Positions 45,501 to 59,900 of a stretch of 64,000 nucleotides of DNA are shown one piece after another; the first letter of the stretch is position 1, and every line of letters begins with the position of its first letter. Both the position numbers and the translations under genes were made by a program. The notes under the pieces were generated by a model that did no database searches, was not told where the DNA came from, and worked only from the letters and a program-made list of their open reading frames with translations. The DNA comes from Eledone cirrhosa (lineage: Eukaryota), in assembly GCA_964016885.1 (NCBI GenBank), contig OZ024743.1:137144001-137208000 (forward strand), read 5' to 3'.

Positions 45501-48500
45501 TCAAACACCAAACACCAAGCACCAAGCACCAAACACCAAGCACCAAGCAGCAAACAGCAAACAACAAGCACCAGGCACAAAGCACCATACACCAAACACC
45601 AAGCAGCAAGCACCAAACACCAAACACCAAGCACGCAGCATCAAACACCAAGCACCAAGCACCAAGCACCAAGCAACAAACACCAAGCACCAAGCACCAA
45701 GTACCAAACACCAACCACCAAGCACCAAACACCAAACACCAAGCACCAAGCACCAAGCACGAAACACCAGGCACCAAGCACCAAGCACCAAACACCAAAC
45801 ACCAAGCACCAAACACCAAGCACCAGGCACCAAGCACCAAACACCAAGCACCAAGCACCAAACACCAAACACCAAACACCAAGCACCAAGCACCAAACAG
45901 CAAGCACCAAACACCAAACAACAAACAGCAAACGCCAAACACCAAGCACCAAGCACCAAGCACCAAACACCAAGCACCATGCACCAAGCACAAATTAGCA
46001 AACACCAAGCACCAAGGACCAAACATCAAACACCAAGCACCAAGCACCAAACACCAAACACCAATCACCAATCACCAAGCACCAAGCACAAAGCACCGAA
46101 CACCAAGCACCAAACACCAAGCACCAAACACCAAGCATCAAACACCAAGCACCAGGCACCAAGCACCAAACACCAAGCACCATGCACCAAACACCAAGCA
46201 CCAAGCACGAAGCACCAAACACCAAGCACCAAACACCAAACACTTAACACCAAGCACCAAGCACCAAGCACCAAACACCAAGCACCAAACACCAAACACC
46301 AAGCACCAAGTATCAAACACCAAGCACCAAGCACCAAACACCAAGCAGCAAGCACCAATCACCAAACACCAAGAACCAAGCACCAAACACCAACTACCAA
46401 GCACCAAGTACATACACCAAGCACCAAACACCAAACACAAAACACCAAGCACCAAACACCGAGCACCAAACACCAGATACCAAGCACCAAGCACCAAACA
46501 CCAAACACCAAGCACCAAGCAGCAAACACCAAACAACAAGCACCAGGCACAAAGCACCATACACCAAACACCAAGCAGCAAGCACCAAACACCAAACACC
46601 AAGCACGCAGCATCAAACACCAAGCACCAAGCACCAAGCACCAAGCAACAAACACCAAGCACCAAGCACCAAGTACCAAACACCAAACATCAAGCACCAA
46701 ACACAAAACACCAAGCACCAAGCACCAAGAACGAAACACCAGGCACCAAGCACCAAGCACCAAACACCAAGCACCAAACACCAAACACCAAGCACCAAGT
46801 ATCAAACACCAAGCACCAACCACCAAACACCAAGCAGCAAGCACCAATCACCAAACACCAAGAACCAAGCACCAAACACCAACCACCAAGCACCAAGTAC
46901 ATACACCAAGCACCAAACACCAAACACAAAACACCAAGCCCCAAGCACCAAGCACCAAACACCAAGCCCCAAGCACCAAGCACCAAACACCAAACACCAA
47001 GCACCAAGCACCAAACACCAAGCACCAAGCACCAAACACAAAGCACCAAGCACCAAGGACCCAACATGAAACACCAAGCCCCAAGCACCAAACACCAAAC
47101 AGCAAGCACCAAGCACCAAACACCAAACACCAAGCACCAAGCACAAAACACTAAGCACCAATCACCAAGCACCAAACACCAAGCAGCAAGCAGCAAGCAC
47201 CAAACACCAAAACCAAGCACCAAGCACCAAACACCAAACACCAAGCACCAAGCACTAAACATCAAACACCAAGCACCAAGCACCAAACACCTAACACCAA
47301 GCACGAAGCACCAAGCACGATGCACCAAACACCAAGCACCAATCACCAAACACCAAGCACCAAGCACCAAACACCAAGTACCAGGCACCAAGCACCAAAC
47401 ACCAAGCACCAAGCACCAAACACCAAGCACCAAGACCGAAGCAGCAAACACCAAGCACCAAACACCAAGCACCAAACACCAAACACAAAACACCAAGCAC
47501 CAAGCAGCAAGCACCAAACACCAAACACCAAGCACCAAGCACCAGACACCAAACACCAAGCACCAAGGACCAAACATCAAACACCAAGCACCAAGCACCA
47601 AACACCTAACACCAAGCACCAAGCACCAAGCCCCAAACACCAAGCACCAAGCAAAAAAAAAAGCACCAAGCACCAAGCACCAAACACCAAGCACCAAGCA
47701 CCAAACACCAAACCCCAAGCACCAAACACCAAACCGCAAGCACCAAGCACCAAACACTAATCACCAAGCACCAAGCACCAAGCACCAAGCATCAAACACC
47801 AAACACCAAGCACCAAGCACCAAACACCAAGCACCAAGCAGCAAACACCAAACAACAAGCACCAGGCACAAAGCACCATACACCAAACACCAAGCAGCAA
47901 GCACCAAACACCAAACACCAAGCACGCAGCATCAAATACCAAGCACCAAGCACCAAGCACCAAGCACCAAACACCAAACACCAAGCACCAAGCACCAAAC
48001 TCCAAACAACAAGCACCAGGCACCAAGCACCAAACACCAAGCACCAAGCACCAAACACCAAACACCAAGCACGCAGCATCAAACACCAAACAGCATGCAC
48101 CAAGTACCAAACACCAACCACCAAGCACCAAACACCAAACACCAAGCACCAAGCACCAAGCACCAAGCACGAAACACCAGGCACCAAGCACCAAGCACCA
48201 AACACCAAACACCAAGCACCAAACACCAGCCACCAAGCACCAAGCACCAAACACCAAACACCAAGCACTAAGCACCAAACACCAAACAACAAGCAGCAGG
48301 CACCAAGCACCAAACACCAAACACCAAGCACGCAGCACCAAACACCAAGCACCAAGCACCAAACATCAAACACCAAGCACCAAGCACCAAGCACCAAACA
48401 CCAAACACCAAACACCAAGCACCAAGAACCAAACACCAATCAGCAAGCACCAAGCACCAACCACCAAGCACCAAACACCAAACCCCAAGCACCATTCACC

Positions 48501-49249
48501 AAACACTAATCACCAAGCACCAAGCACCAAACACCAAGCACCAAGTAGCAAGCACCAAACACCAAGAACCAAGCACCAAGCACCAAGCACCAAGCACCAA
48601 ACACCAAGCACCAAGCACCAAACACCAAACACCAAACACCAAGCACCAAGCACCAAACAGCAAGCACCAATCACCAAGCACCAAACACCAAGCACCAAAC
48701 ACCAAGCCCCACGCACCAAGCACCAAACACCAAACACCAAGCACCAAACACCAAGCACCAAGCACCAAGCCCCTAGCACCAAACACCAAACACCAAGCAA
48801 AAAGCACAAAACACCAAGCACCAATCACCAAGCACCAAACACCAAGCAGCAAGCAGCAAGCACCAAACACCAAACACCAAGCACCAAACACCAAATACCA
48901 AACACCAAGCACCAAGGACCAAACATCAAACACCAAGCACCAAGCACCAAGCACCAAGCACCAAACACCAAGCACCAATCACCAAACACCAAGCACCAAG
49001 CACCAAACACCAAGCACCAGGCACCAAGCACCAAACACCAAGCACCATGCACCAAACACCAAGAACCAAACTCAAAGCACCAAGCACCAAACACCAAACA
49101 CCAAGCACCAAGCACCAAACAGCAAGCACCAAACACCAAACAACAAACAGCAAACGCCAAACACCAAGCACCAAGCACAAATTAGCAAACACCAAGCACC
49201 AAGGACCAAACATCAAACACCAAGCACCAAGCACCAAACACCAAACACC

Positions 49250-52200
49250 AATCACCAAGCACCAAGCACAAAGCACCGAACACCAAGCACCAAACACCAA
49301 GCACCAAACACCAAGCATCAAACACCAAGCACCAGGCACCAAGCACCAAACACCAAGCACCATGCACCAAACACCAAGCACCAAGCACGAAGCACCAAAC
49401 ACCAAGCACCAAACACCAAACACTTAACACCAAGCTCCAAGCACCAAGCACCAAACACCAAGCACCAAACACCAAACACCAAGCACCAAGTATCAAACAC
49501 CAAGCACCAAGCACCAAACACCAAGCAGCAAGCACCAATCACCAAACACCAAGAACCAAGCACCAAACACCAACTACCAAGCACCAAGTACATACACCAA
49601 GCACCAAACACCAAACACAAAACACCAAGTACCAAACACCGAGCACCAAACACCAGATACCAAGCACCAAGCACCAAACACCAAACACCAAGCACCAAGC
49701 AGCAAACACCAAACAACAAGCACCAGGCACAAAGCACCATACACCAAACACCAAGCAGCAAGCACCAAACACCAAACACCAAGCACGCAGCATCAAACAC
49801 CAAGCACCAAGCACCAAGCACCAAGCAACAAACACCAAGCACCAAGCACCAAGTACCAAACACCAACCATCAAGCACCAAACACAAAACACCAAGCACCA
49901 AGCACCAAGCACGAAACACCAGGCACCAAGCACCAAGCACCAAACACCAAGCACCAAACACCAAACACCAAGCACCAAGTATCAAACACCAAGCACCAAC
50001 CACCAAACACCAAGCAGCAAGCACCAATCACCAAACACCAAGAACCAAGCACCAAACACCAACCACCAAGCACCAAGTACATACACCAAGCACCAAACAC
50101 CAAACACAAAACACCAAGCACCAAGCACCAAGCACCAAACACCAAGCCCCAAGCACCAAGCACCAAACACCAAACACCAAGCACCAAGCACCAAACACCA
50201 AGCACCAAGCACCAAACACCAAGCACCAAGCACCAAGGACCCAACATGAAACACCAAGCCCCAAGCACCAAACACCAAACAGCAAGCACCAAGCACCAAA
50301 CACCCAGCACCAAGCACCAAGCCCCTAGCACCAAACACCAAACACCAAGCACCAAGCACAAAACACTAAGCACCAATCACCAAGCACCAAACACCAAGCA
50401 GCAAGCAGCAAGCACCAAACACCAAAACCAAGCACCAAGCACCAAACACCAAACACCAAGCACCAAGCACTAAACATCAAACACCAAGCACCAAGCACCA
50501 AACACCTAACACCAAGCACGAAGCACCAAGCACGATGCACCAAACACCAAGCACCAATCACCAAACACCAAGCACCAAGCACCAAACACCAAGCACCAGG
50601 CACCAAGCACCAAACACCAAGCACCAAGCACCAAACACCAAGCACCAAGACCGAAGCAGCAAACACCAAGCACCAAACACCAAGCACCAAACACCAAACA
50701 CAAAACACCAAGCACCAAGCAGCAAGCACCAAACACCAAACACCAAGCACCAAGCACCAGACACCAAACACCAAGCACCAAGGACCAAACATCAAACACC
50801 AAGCACCAAGCACCAAACACCTAACACCAAGCACCAAGCACCAAGCCCCAAACACCAAGCACCAGGCAAAAAAAAAAAGCACCAAGCCCAAAGCACCAAA
50901 CACCAAGCACCAAGCACCAAACACCAAACCCCAAGCACCAAACACCAAACCGCAAGCACCAAGCACCAAACACTAATCACCAAGCACCAAGCACCAAGCA
51001 CCAAGCATCAAACACCAAACACCAAGCACCAAGCACCAAACACCAAGCACCAAGCAGCAAACACCAAACAACAAGCACCAGGCACAAAGCACCATACACC
51101 AAACACCAAGCAGCAAGCACCAAACACCAAACACCAAGCACGCAGCATCAAACACCAAGCACCAAGCACCAAGCACCAAGCACCAAACACCAAACACCAA
51201 GCACCAAGCACCAAACTCCAAACAACAAGCACCAGGCACCAAGCACCAAACACCAAGCACCAAGCACCAAACACCAAACACCAAGCACGCAGCATCAAAC
51301 ACCAAACAGCAAGCACCAATCACCAAGCACCAAGTACCAAACACAAAGCACCGAACACCAAGCACCAAACACCAAGCACCAAGCACGCAGCACCTAACAC
51401 CAAGCACCAAGCACCAAGCACCAAACACCAAACACCAAGCACCAAACACCAAACCCCAAGCACCAATCACCAAACACTAATCACCAAGCACCAAGCACAA
51501 AGCACCGAACACCAAGCACCAAACACCAACCACCAAACACCAAGCATCAAACACCAAGCACCAGGCACCAAGCACCAAACACCAAGCACCATGCACCAAA
51601 CACCAAGCACCAAGCACGAAGCACCAAACACCAAGCACCAAACACCAAACACTTAACACCAAGCTCCAAGCACCAAGCACCAAACACCAAGCACCAAACA
51701 CCAAACACCAAGCACCAAGTATCAAACACCAAGCACCAAGCACCAAACACCAAGCAGCAAGCACCAATCACCAAACACCAAGAACCAAGCACCAAACACC
51801 AACTACCAAGCACCAAGTACATACACCAAGCACCAAACACCAAACACAAAACACCAAGTACCAAACACCGAGCACCAAACACCAGATACCAAGCACCAAG
51901 CACCAAACACCAAACACCAAGCACCAAGCAGCAAACACCAAACAACAAGCACCAGGCACAAAGCACCATACACCAAACACCAAGTAGCAAGCACCAAACA
52001 CCAAACACCAAGCACGCAGCATCAAACACCAAGCACCAAGCACCAAGCACCAAGCAACAAACACCAAGCACCAAGCACCAAGTACCAAACACCAACCATC
52101 AAGCACCAAACACAAAACACCAAGCACCAAGCACCAAGCACGAAACACCAGGCACCAAGCACCAAGCACCAAACACCAAGCACCAAACACCAAACACCAA

Positions 52201-53560
52201 GCACCAAGTATCAAACACCAAGCACCAACCACCAAACACCAAGCAGCAAGCACCAATCACCAAACACCAAGAACCAAGCACCAAACACCAACCACCAAGC
52301 ACCAAGTACATACACCAAGCACCAAACACCAAACACAAAACACCAAGCACCAAGCACCAAGCACCAAACACCAAGCCCCAAGCACCAAGCACCAAACACC
52401 AAACACCAAGCACCAAGCACCAAACACCAAGCACCAAGCACCAAACACCAAGCACCAAGCACCAAGGACCCAACATGAAACACCAAGCCCCAAGCACCAA
52501 ACACCAAACAGCAAGCACCAAGCACCAAACACCCAGCACCAAGCACCAAGCCCCTAGCACCAAACACCAAACACCAAGCACCAAGCACAAAACACTAAGC
52601 ACCAATCACCAAGCACCAAACACCAAGCAGCAAGCAGCAAGCACCAAACACCAAAACCAAGCACCAAGCACCAAACACCAAACACCAAGCACCAAGCACT
52701 AAACATCAAACACCAAGCACCAAGCACCAAACACCTAACACCAAGCACGAAGCACCAAGCACGATGCACCAAACACCAAGCACCAATCACCAAACACCAA
52801 GCACCAAGCACCAAACACCAAGCACCAGGCACCAAGCACCAAACACCAAGCACCAAGCACCAAACACCAAGCACCAAGACCGAAGCAGCAAACACCAAGC
52901 ACCAAACACCAAGCACCAAACACCAAACACAAAACACCAAGCACCAAGCAGCAAGCACCAAACACCAAACACCAAGCACCAAGCACCAGACACCAAACAC
53001 CAAGCACCAAGGACCAAACATCAAACACCAAGCACCAAGCACCAAACACCTAACACCAAGCACCAAGCACCAAGCCCCAAACACCAAGCACCAGGCAAAA
53101 AAAAAAAGCACCAAGCCCAAAGCACCAAACACCAAGCACCAAGCACCAAACACCAAACCCCAAGCACCAAACACCAAACCGCAAGCACCAAGCACCAAAC
53201 ACTAATCACCAAGCACCAAGCACCAAGCACCAAGCATCAAACACCAAACACCAAGCACCAAGCACCAAACACCAAGCACCAAGCAGCAAACACCAAACAA
53301 CAAGCACCAGGCACAAAGCACCATACACCAAACACCAAGCAGCAAGCACCAAACACCAAACACCAAGCACGCAGCATCAAACACCAAGCACCAAGCACCA
53401 AGCACCAAGCACCAAACACCAAACACCAAGCACCAAGCACCAAACTCCAAACAACAAGCACCAGGCACCAAGCACCAAACACCAAGCACCAAGCACCAAA
53501 CACCAAACACCAAGCACGCAGCATCAAACACCAAACAGCAAGCACCAATCACCAAGCACC
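49250..53560 (+). repeat. 2,229-bp tandem duplication
   Basis: CACTTAA 49421/51650, CCCCTAG 50322/52551, poly-A 50868/53097 (both preceded by CACCAGG and followed by CACCAAG CCCAAAG). Confidence 0.92.
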
Positions 53561-53949
53561 AAGTACCAAACACCAACCACCAAGCACCAAACACCAAACA
53601 CCAAGCACCAAGCACCAAGCACGAAACACCAGGCACCAAGCACCAAGCACCAAACACCAAACACCAAGCACCAAACACCAGCCACCAAGCACCAAGCACC
53701 AAACACCAAACACCAAGCACTAAGCACCAAACACCAAACAACAAGCAGCAGGCACCAAGCACCAAACACCAAACACCAAGCACGCAGCACCAAACACCAA
53801 GCACCAAGCACCAAACACCAAACACCAAGCACCAAGCACCAAGCACCAAACACCAAACACCAAACACCAAGCACCAAGAACCAAACACCAAACACCAATC
53901 AGCAAGCACCAAGCACCAAACACCAAGCACCAAACACCAAACCCCAAGC

Positions 53950-56900
53950 ACCATTCACCAAACACTAATCACCAAGCACCAAGCAACAAAAAACAAGCAC
54001 AAAGCACGCAGCACCAGGCACCAAGCACCAAGCACCAAACACTAATCACCAAGCACCAAGCACCAAGCACCAAACACCAAGCAACAAGTACCAAGCACCA
54101 AACACCAAGCACCAAGCACCAAACACCAAACACCAAGCACCAAACACCAAGCACCAAGCACCAAGCACCAAGCACCAAGCACCAAACAATAAGCACCAAG
54201 CACCAAGCACCAAACACCAAGCCCCAAGCACCAAACACCAACCACCCAGCACCAAGCACCAAGCACCAAACACCAAGCACCAAACACCAAACACCAAACA
54301 CCAAGCACCAAGCACCAAGCACCAAACACCAAGCACCAAGCACTAAGCACCAAACACCAAGCCCCAAGCACCAAGCACCAAATACCAAGCACCAAACACC
54401 AAGCACCAAGCACCAAGCACCTAGCACCAAACACCAAACACCAATCACCAAGCACCAAACACCAAGCAGCAAGCAGCAAGCACCAAACACCAAACACCAA
54501 GCACCAAGCACCAAACACCAAGCACCAAGGACCAAACATCAAACACCAAGCACCAAGCACCAAACACCTAACACCAAGCACCAAGCACCAAGCACCAAGC
54601 ACCGAACACCAAGCACATAACACCAAGCACCAAACACCAAGCACCAAGCACCAAACACCAAGCACCAAACACCAAGCACCAAGAACCAAGCCCCAAACAC
54701 CAAGCACCAGGCACCAAGCACCATACACCAAGCACCATGCACCAAGCACCATGCCCCAAACACTTAACACCAAGCTCCAAGCACCAAGCACCAAACACCA
54801 ATCACCAAAAACCAAACACCAAGCACCAAGTACCAAACACCAAGCACCAAGCACCAAACAACAAGCACCAAGCACCAATCACCAAACACCAAGAACCAAG
54901 CACCAAACACCAAGCACCAAGCACCAAGCACCAGGCACCAAGCACCAAGCACCAAACACAAAACACCAAGCACCAAGCTCCAAGCAGCAAACACCAAGCA
55001 TCAAACACCAAACACCAAACACCAAGCACCAAACACCAAGCACCAAGCACCAAACACCAAACACCAAGCACCAAGCACCAAGCACCAAACACCAAACACC
55101 AAGCACCAAACACCAGATACCAAGCACCAAGCACCAAACACCAAACACCAAGCACCAAGCACCAAACACCAAACAACAAGCACCAGGCACCAAGCACCAA
55201 ACACCAAGCACCAAGCACCAAACACCAAACACCAAGCACGCAGCAGGAAACACCAAACAGCAAGCACCAATCACCAAGCACCAAACACCAAACACCAAGC
55301 AGCAAGCACCAAGCACCAAACACCAAGCACCAAACACCAAACCCCAAGCACCATTCACCAAACACTAATCACCAAGCACCAAGCACCAAACACCAAGCAC
55401 CAAGCAGCAAGCACCAAACACCAAGAACCAAGCACCAAGCACCAAGCACCAAGCACCAAACACCAAGCACCAAGCACCAAACACCAAACACCAAACACCA
55501 AGCACCAAGCACCAAACAGCAAGCACCAATCACCAAGCACCAAACACCAAGCACCAAACACCAAGCCCCACGCACCAAGCACCAAACACCAAACACCAAG
55601 CACCAAACACCAAGCACCAAGCACCAAGCCCCTAGCACCAAACACCAAACACCAAGCAAAAAGCACAAAACACCAAGCACCAATCACCAAGCACCAAACA
55701 CCAAGCAGCAAGCAGCAAGCACCAAACACCAAACACCAAGCACCAAACACCAAATACCAAACACCAAGCACCAAGGACCAAACATCAAACACCAAGCACC
55801 AAGCACCAAGCACCAAGCACCAAACACCAAGCACCAATCACCAAACACCAAGCACCAAGCACCAAACACCAAGCACCAGGCACCAAGCACCAAACACCAA
55901 GCACCAAGCACCAAACACCAAGCACCAAACTCAAAGCACCAAGCACCAAACACCAAACCCCAAGCACCAAACACCAAACCTCAAGCACCAAGCACCAAAC
56001 ACTAATCACCAAGCACCAAGCACCAAACAACAAGCACAAAGCACCAAGCACCAGGCACCAAGCACCAAGCACCAAACACTAATCACCAAGCACCAAGCAC
56101 CAAGCACCAAACACCAAGCACCAAGCACCAAGCACCAAACACCAAGCACCAAGCACCAAACACCAAACACCAAGCACCAAACACCAAGCACCAAGCACCA
56201 AGCACCAAGCACCAAACAATAAGCACCAAGCACCAAGCACCAAACACCAAGCACCAAGCACCAAACACCAACCACCCAGCACCAAGCACCAAGCACCAAA
56301 CACCAAGCACCAAACACCAAACACCAAACACCAAGCACCAAGAACCAAGCACCAAACACCAAGCACCAAGCACTAAGCACCAAACACCAAGCCCCAAGCA
56401 CCAAGCACCAAATAGCAAGCACCAAACACCAAGCACCAAGCACCAAGCACCAAGCACCAAACAATAAGCACCAAGCACCAAGCACCAAACACCAAGCACC
56501 AAGCACCAAACACCAACCACCCAGCACCAAGCACCAAGCACCAAACACCAAGCACCAAACACCAAACACCAAACACCAAGCACCAAGAACCAAGCACCAA
56601 ACACCAAGCACCAAGCACTAAGCACCAAACACCAAGCCCCAAGCACCAAGCACCAAATACCAAGCACCAAACACCAAGCACCAAGCACCAAGCACCTAGC
56701 ACCAAACACCAAACTCCAATCACCAAGCACCAAACACCAAGCAGCAAGCAGCAAGCACCAAACACCAAACACCAAGCACCAAGCACCAAACACCAAGCAC
56801 CAAGGACCAAACATCAAACACCAAGCACCAAGCACCAAATACCTAACACCAAGCACCAAGCACCAAGCACCAAGCACCGAACACCAAGCACATAACACCA

Positions 56901-59900
56901 AGCACCAAACACCAAGCACCAAGCACCAAACACCAAGCACCAAACACCAAGCACCAAGAACCAAGCCCCAAACACCAAGCACCAGGCACCAAGCACCAAA
57001 CACCAAGCACCATGCACCAAGCACCAAGCCCCAAACACTTAACACCAAGCACCAAGCACCAAGCACCAAACACCAATCACCAAAAACCAAACACCAAGCA
57101 CCAAGTACCAAACACCAAGCACCAAGCACCAAACAACAAGCACCAAGCACCAATCACCAAACACCAAGAACCAAGCACCAAACACCAAGCACCAAGCACC
57201 AAGCACCAGGTACCAAGCACCAAGCACCAAACACAAAACACCAAGCACCAAGCTCCAAGCAGCAAACACCAAGCATCAAACACCAAACACCAAACACCAA
57301 GCACCAAACACCAAGCACCAAGCACCAAACACTAAACACCAAGCACCAAGCACCAAGCACCAAACACCAAACACCAAGCACCAAACACCAGATACCAAGC
57401 ACCAAGCACCAAACACCAAACACCAAGCACCAAGCACCAAACACCAAACAACAAGCACCAGGCACCAAGCACCAAACACCAAACACCAAGCACCAAGCAC
57501 CAAACACCAAATACCAAGCACGCAGCATCAAGCACCAAACACCAAGCACCAAGCACCAAACAGCAAGCACCAAACACAAAGCACCAAGCACCAAACACCA
57601 AGCACCAAGCACCAAACACCAAGCACCAAGCACCAAACACCAAACCACAAGCACCAAACACCAAACCCCAAACACCAAGCACCAAACACTAATCACCAAG
57701 CACCAAGCACCAAACAACAAGCACCAAGCACCAAGCACCAGGCACCAAGCACCAAGCACCAAAGACTAATCACCAAGCACCAAGCACCAAGCACCAACCA
57801 CCAAGCACCAAGCACCAAGCACCAAACACCAAGCACCAAGCACCAAACACCAAACACCAAGATCCAAAGACCAAGCACCAAGCAGCAAGCACCAAACACC
57901 AAACACCAAGCACCAAGCACCAAACACCAAGCACCAAGGACCAAACATCAAACACCAAGCACCAAGCACCAAACACCTAACACCAAGCACCAAGCACCAA
58001 GCACCTAACACCAAGCACCAAACACCAAGCACCAAACACCAAGCACCAAGCACCAAACACCAAGCACCAAACACCAAGCACCAAGCACCAAGCACCAAAT
58101 ACCAAGCACCAGGCACCAAGCACCAAACGCCAAGCACCATGCACCAAGCACCAATCCCCAAATACTTAAAACCAAGCACCAAGCACGAAACACCAAGCAC
58201 CAAGCACCAATCACCAAACACCAAGAACCAAGCACCAAACACCAAGCACCAAGTACCAAGCAACAGACACCAAGCACCAAGCACCAAACACAAAACACCA
58301 AGCACCAAGCACCAAGCAGCAAACACCAAGCATCAAACACCAAACACCAAACACCAAGCACCAAACACCAAGCACCAAGCACCAAACACCAAAGCCCAAG
58401 CACCAAGCACCAAGCACCAAACACCAAACACCAAGCACCAAGCACCAAACACCAAACAACAAGCACCAGGCACCAAGCTCCAAACACCAAACAACAAGCA
58501 CGCAGCATGAAACACCAAGCACCAAGCACTAAACACCAAACACCAAGCACCAAACACCAGCCACCAAGCACTAAGCACCAAACACCAAACAACAAGCAGC
58601 AGGCACCAAGCACCAAACACCAAACACCAAGCACGCAGCACCAAACACCAAGCACCAAGCACCAAGCACCAAACACCAAACAGCAAGCACCAATCACCAA
58701 ACACCAAGCACGCAGCACCTAACACCAAGCACCAAGCACCAAGCACCAAACACCAAACACCAAGCACCAAACACCAAACCCCAAGCACCAATCACCAAAC
58801 ACTAATCACCAAGCACCAAGCACCAAACACCAAGCACCAAGCAGCAAGCACCAAACACCAAGCACCAAGCACCAAGCACCAAGCACCAAACACCCAGCAC
58901 CAAGCACCAAACACCAAACACCAAACACCAAGCACCAAGCAGCAAACAGCAAGCACCAAACACCAAGCACCAAACACCAAGCACCAAGCACCAAACACAA
59001 AGCACCAAGCACCAAACAGCAGACACCAAGCACCAAGCACCAAACACCAAGCAACAAGCACCAAGCCCCTAGCACCAAACACCAATCACCAAGCAAAAAG
59101 CACAAAACACCAAGCACCAATCACCAAACACCAAACAACAAGCAGCAAGCAGCAAGCACCAAACACCAAACACCAAGCACCAAGCACCAAATACCAAACA
59201 CCAAGCACCAAGGACCAAACATCAAACACCAAGCACCAAGCACCAAACGCCTAACACCAAGCACCAAGCACCAAGCACCAAGCACCAAACACCAAGCACC
59301 AAACACCAAGCAACAAGCACCAAGCACCAGGCACCAAGCACCAAGCACCAAACACAAAACACCAAGCACCAAGCACCAAGCAGCAAACACCAAGCATCAA
59401 ACACCAAACACCAAACACCAAGCACCAAACACCAAGCACCAAGCACCAAACACCAAACACCAAGCACCAAGCACCAAACACCAAACACCAAGCACCAAAC
59501 ACCAGATACCAAGCACCAAGCACCAGACACCAAACACCAAGCACCAAGCACCAAACACCAAACAACAAGCACCAGGCACCAAGCACCAAACACCAAGCAC
59601 CAAGCACCAAACACCAAACACCAAGCACGCAGCATCAAACACCAAGTACCAAGCACCAAGCACCAAACACCAAGCACCAAGCACCAAACACCAAGCACCA
59701 AACACAACGCACCAAGCAACAAACACCAAGCACCAAGCACCAAACACCAAGCACCGAGCACCAAACACCAAACCACAAGCACCAAACACCAAACCCCAAG
59801 CACCAAGCACCAAACACTAATCAGCAAGCACCAAGCACCAAACAACAAGCACCAAGCACCAAGCACCAGGCACCAAGCACCAAGCACCAAACACTAATCA

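Larger units (their letters stand above)
29600..53950 (+). repeat. HOR domain 2 (~2.23-2.29-kb unit with A10-11 tract, TACATA and GACCCAA-CATGAAA markers)
   Basis: Poly-A tracts start at 31274, 33543, 35310, 37566, 39808, 42049, 45368, 47653, 50868, 53097. TACATA/TAAATA occurs from 29814 to 52307 and GACCCAA from 30526 to 52467. None of these was seen outside this interval. Confidence 0.9.
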
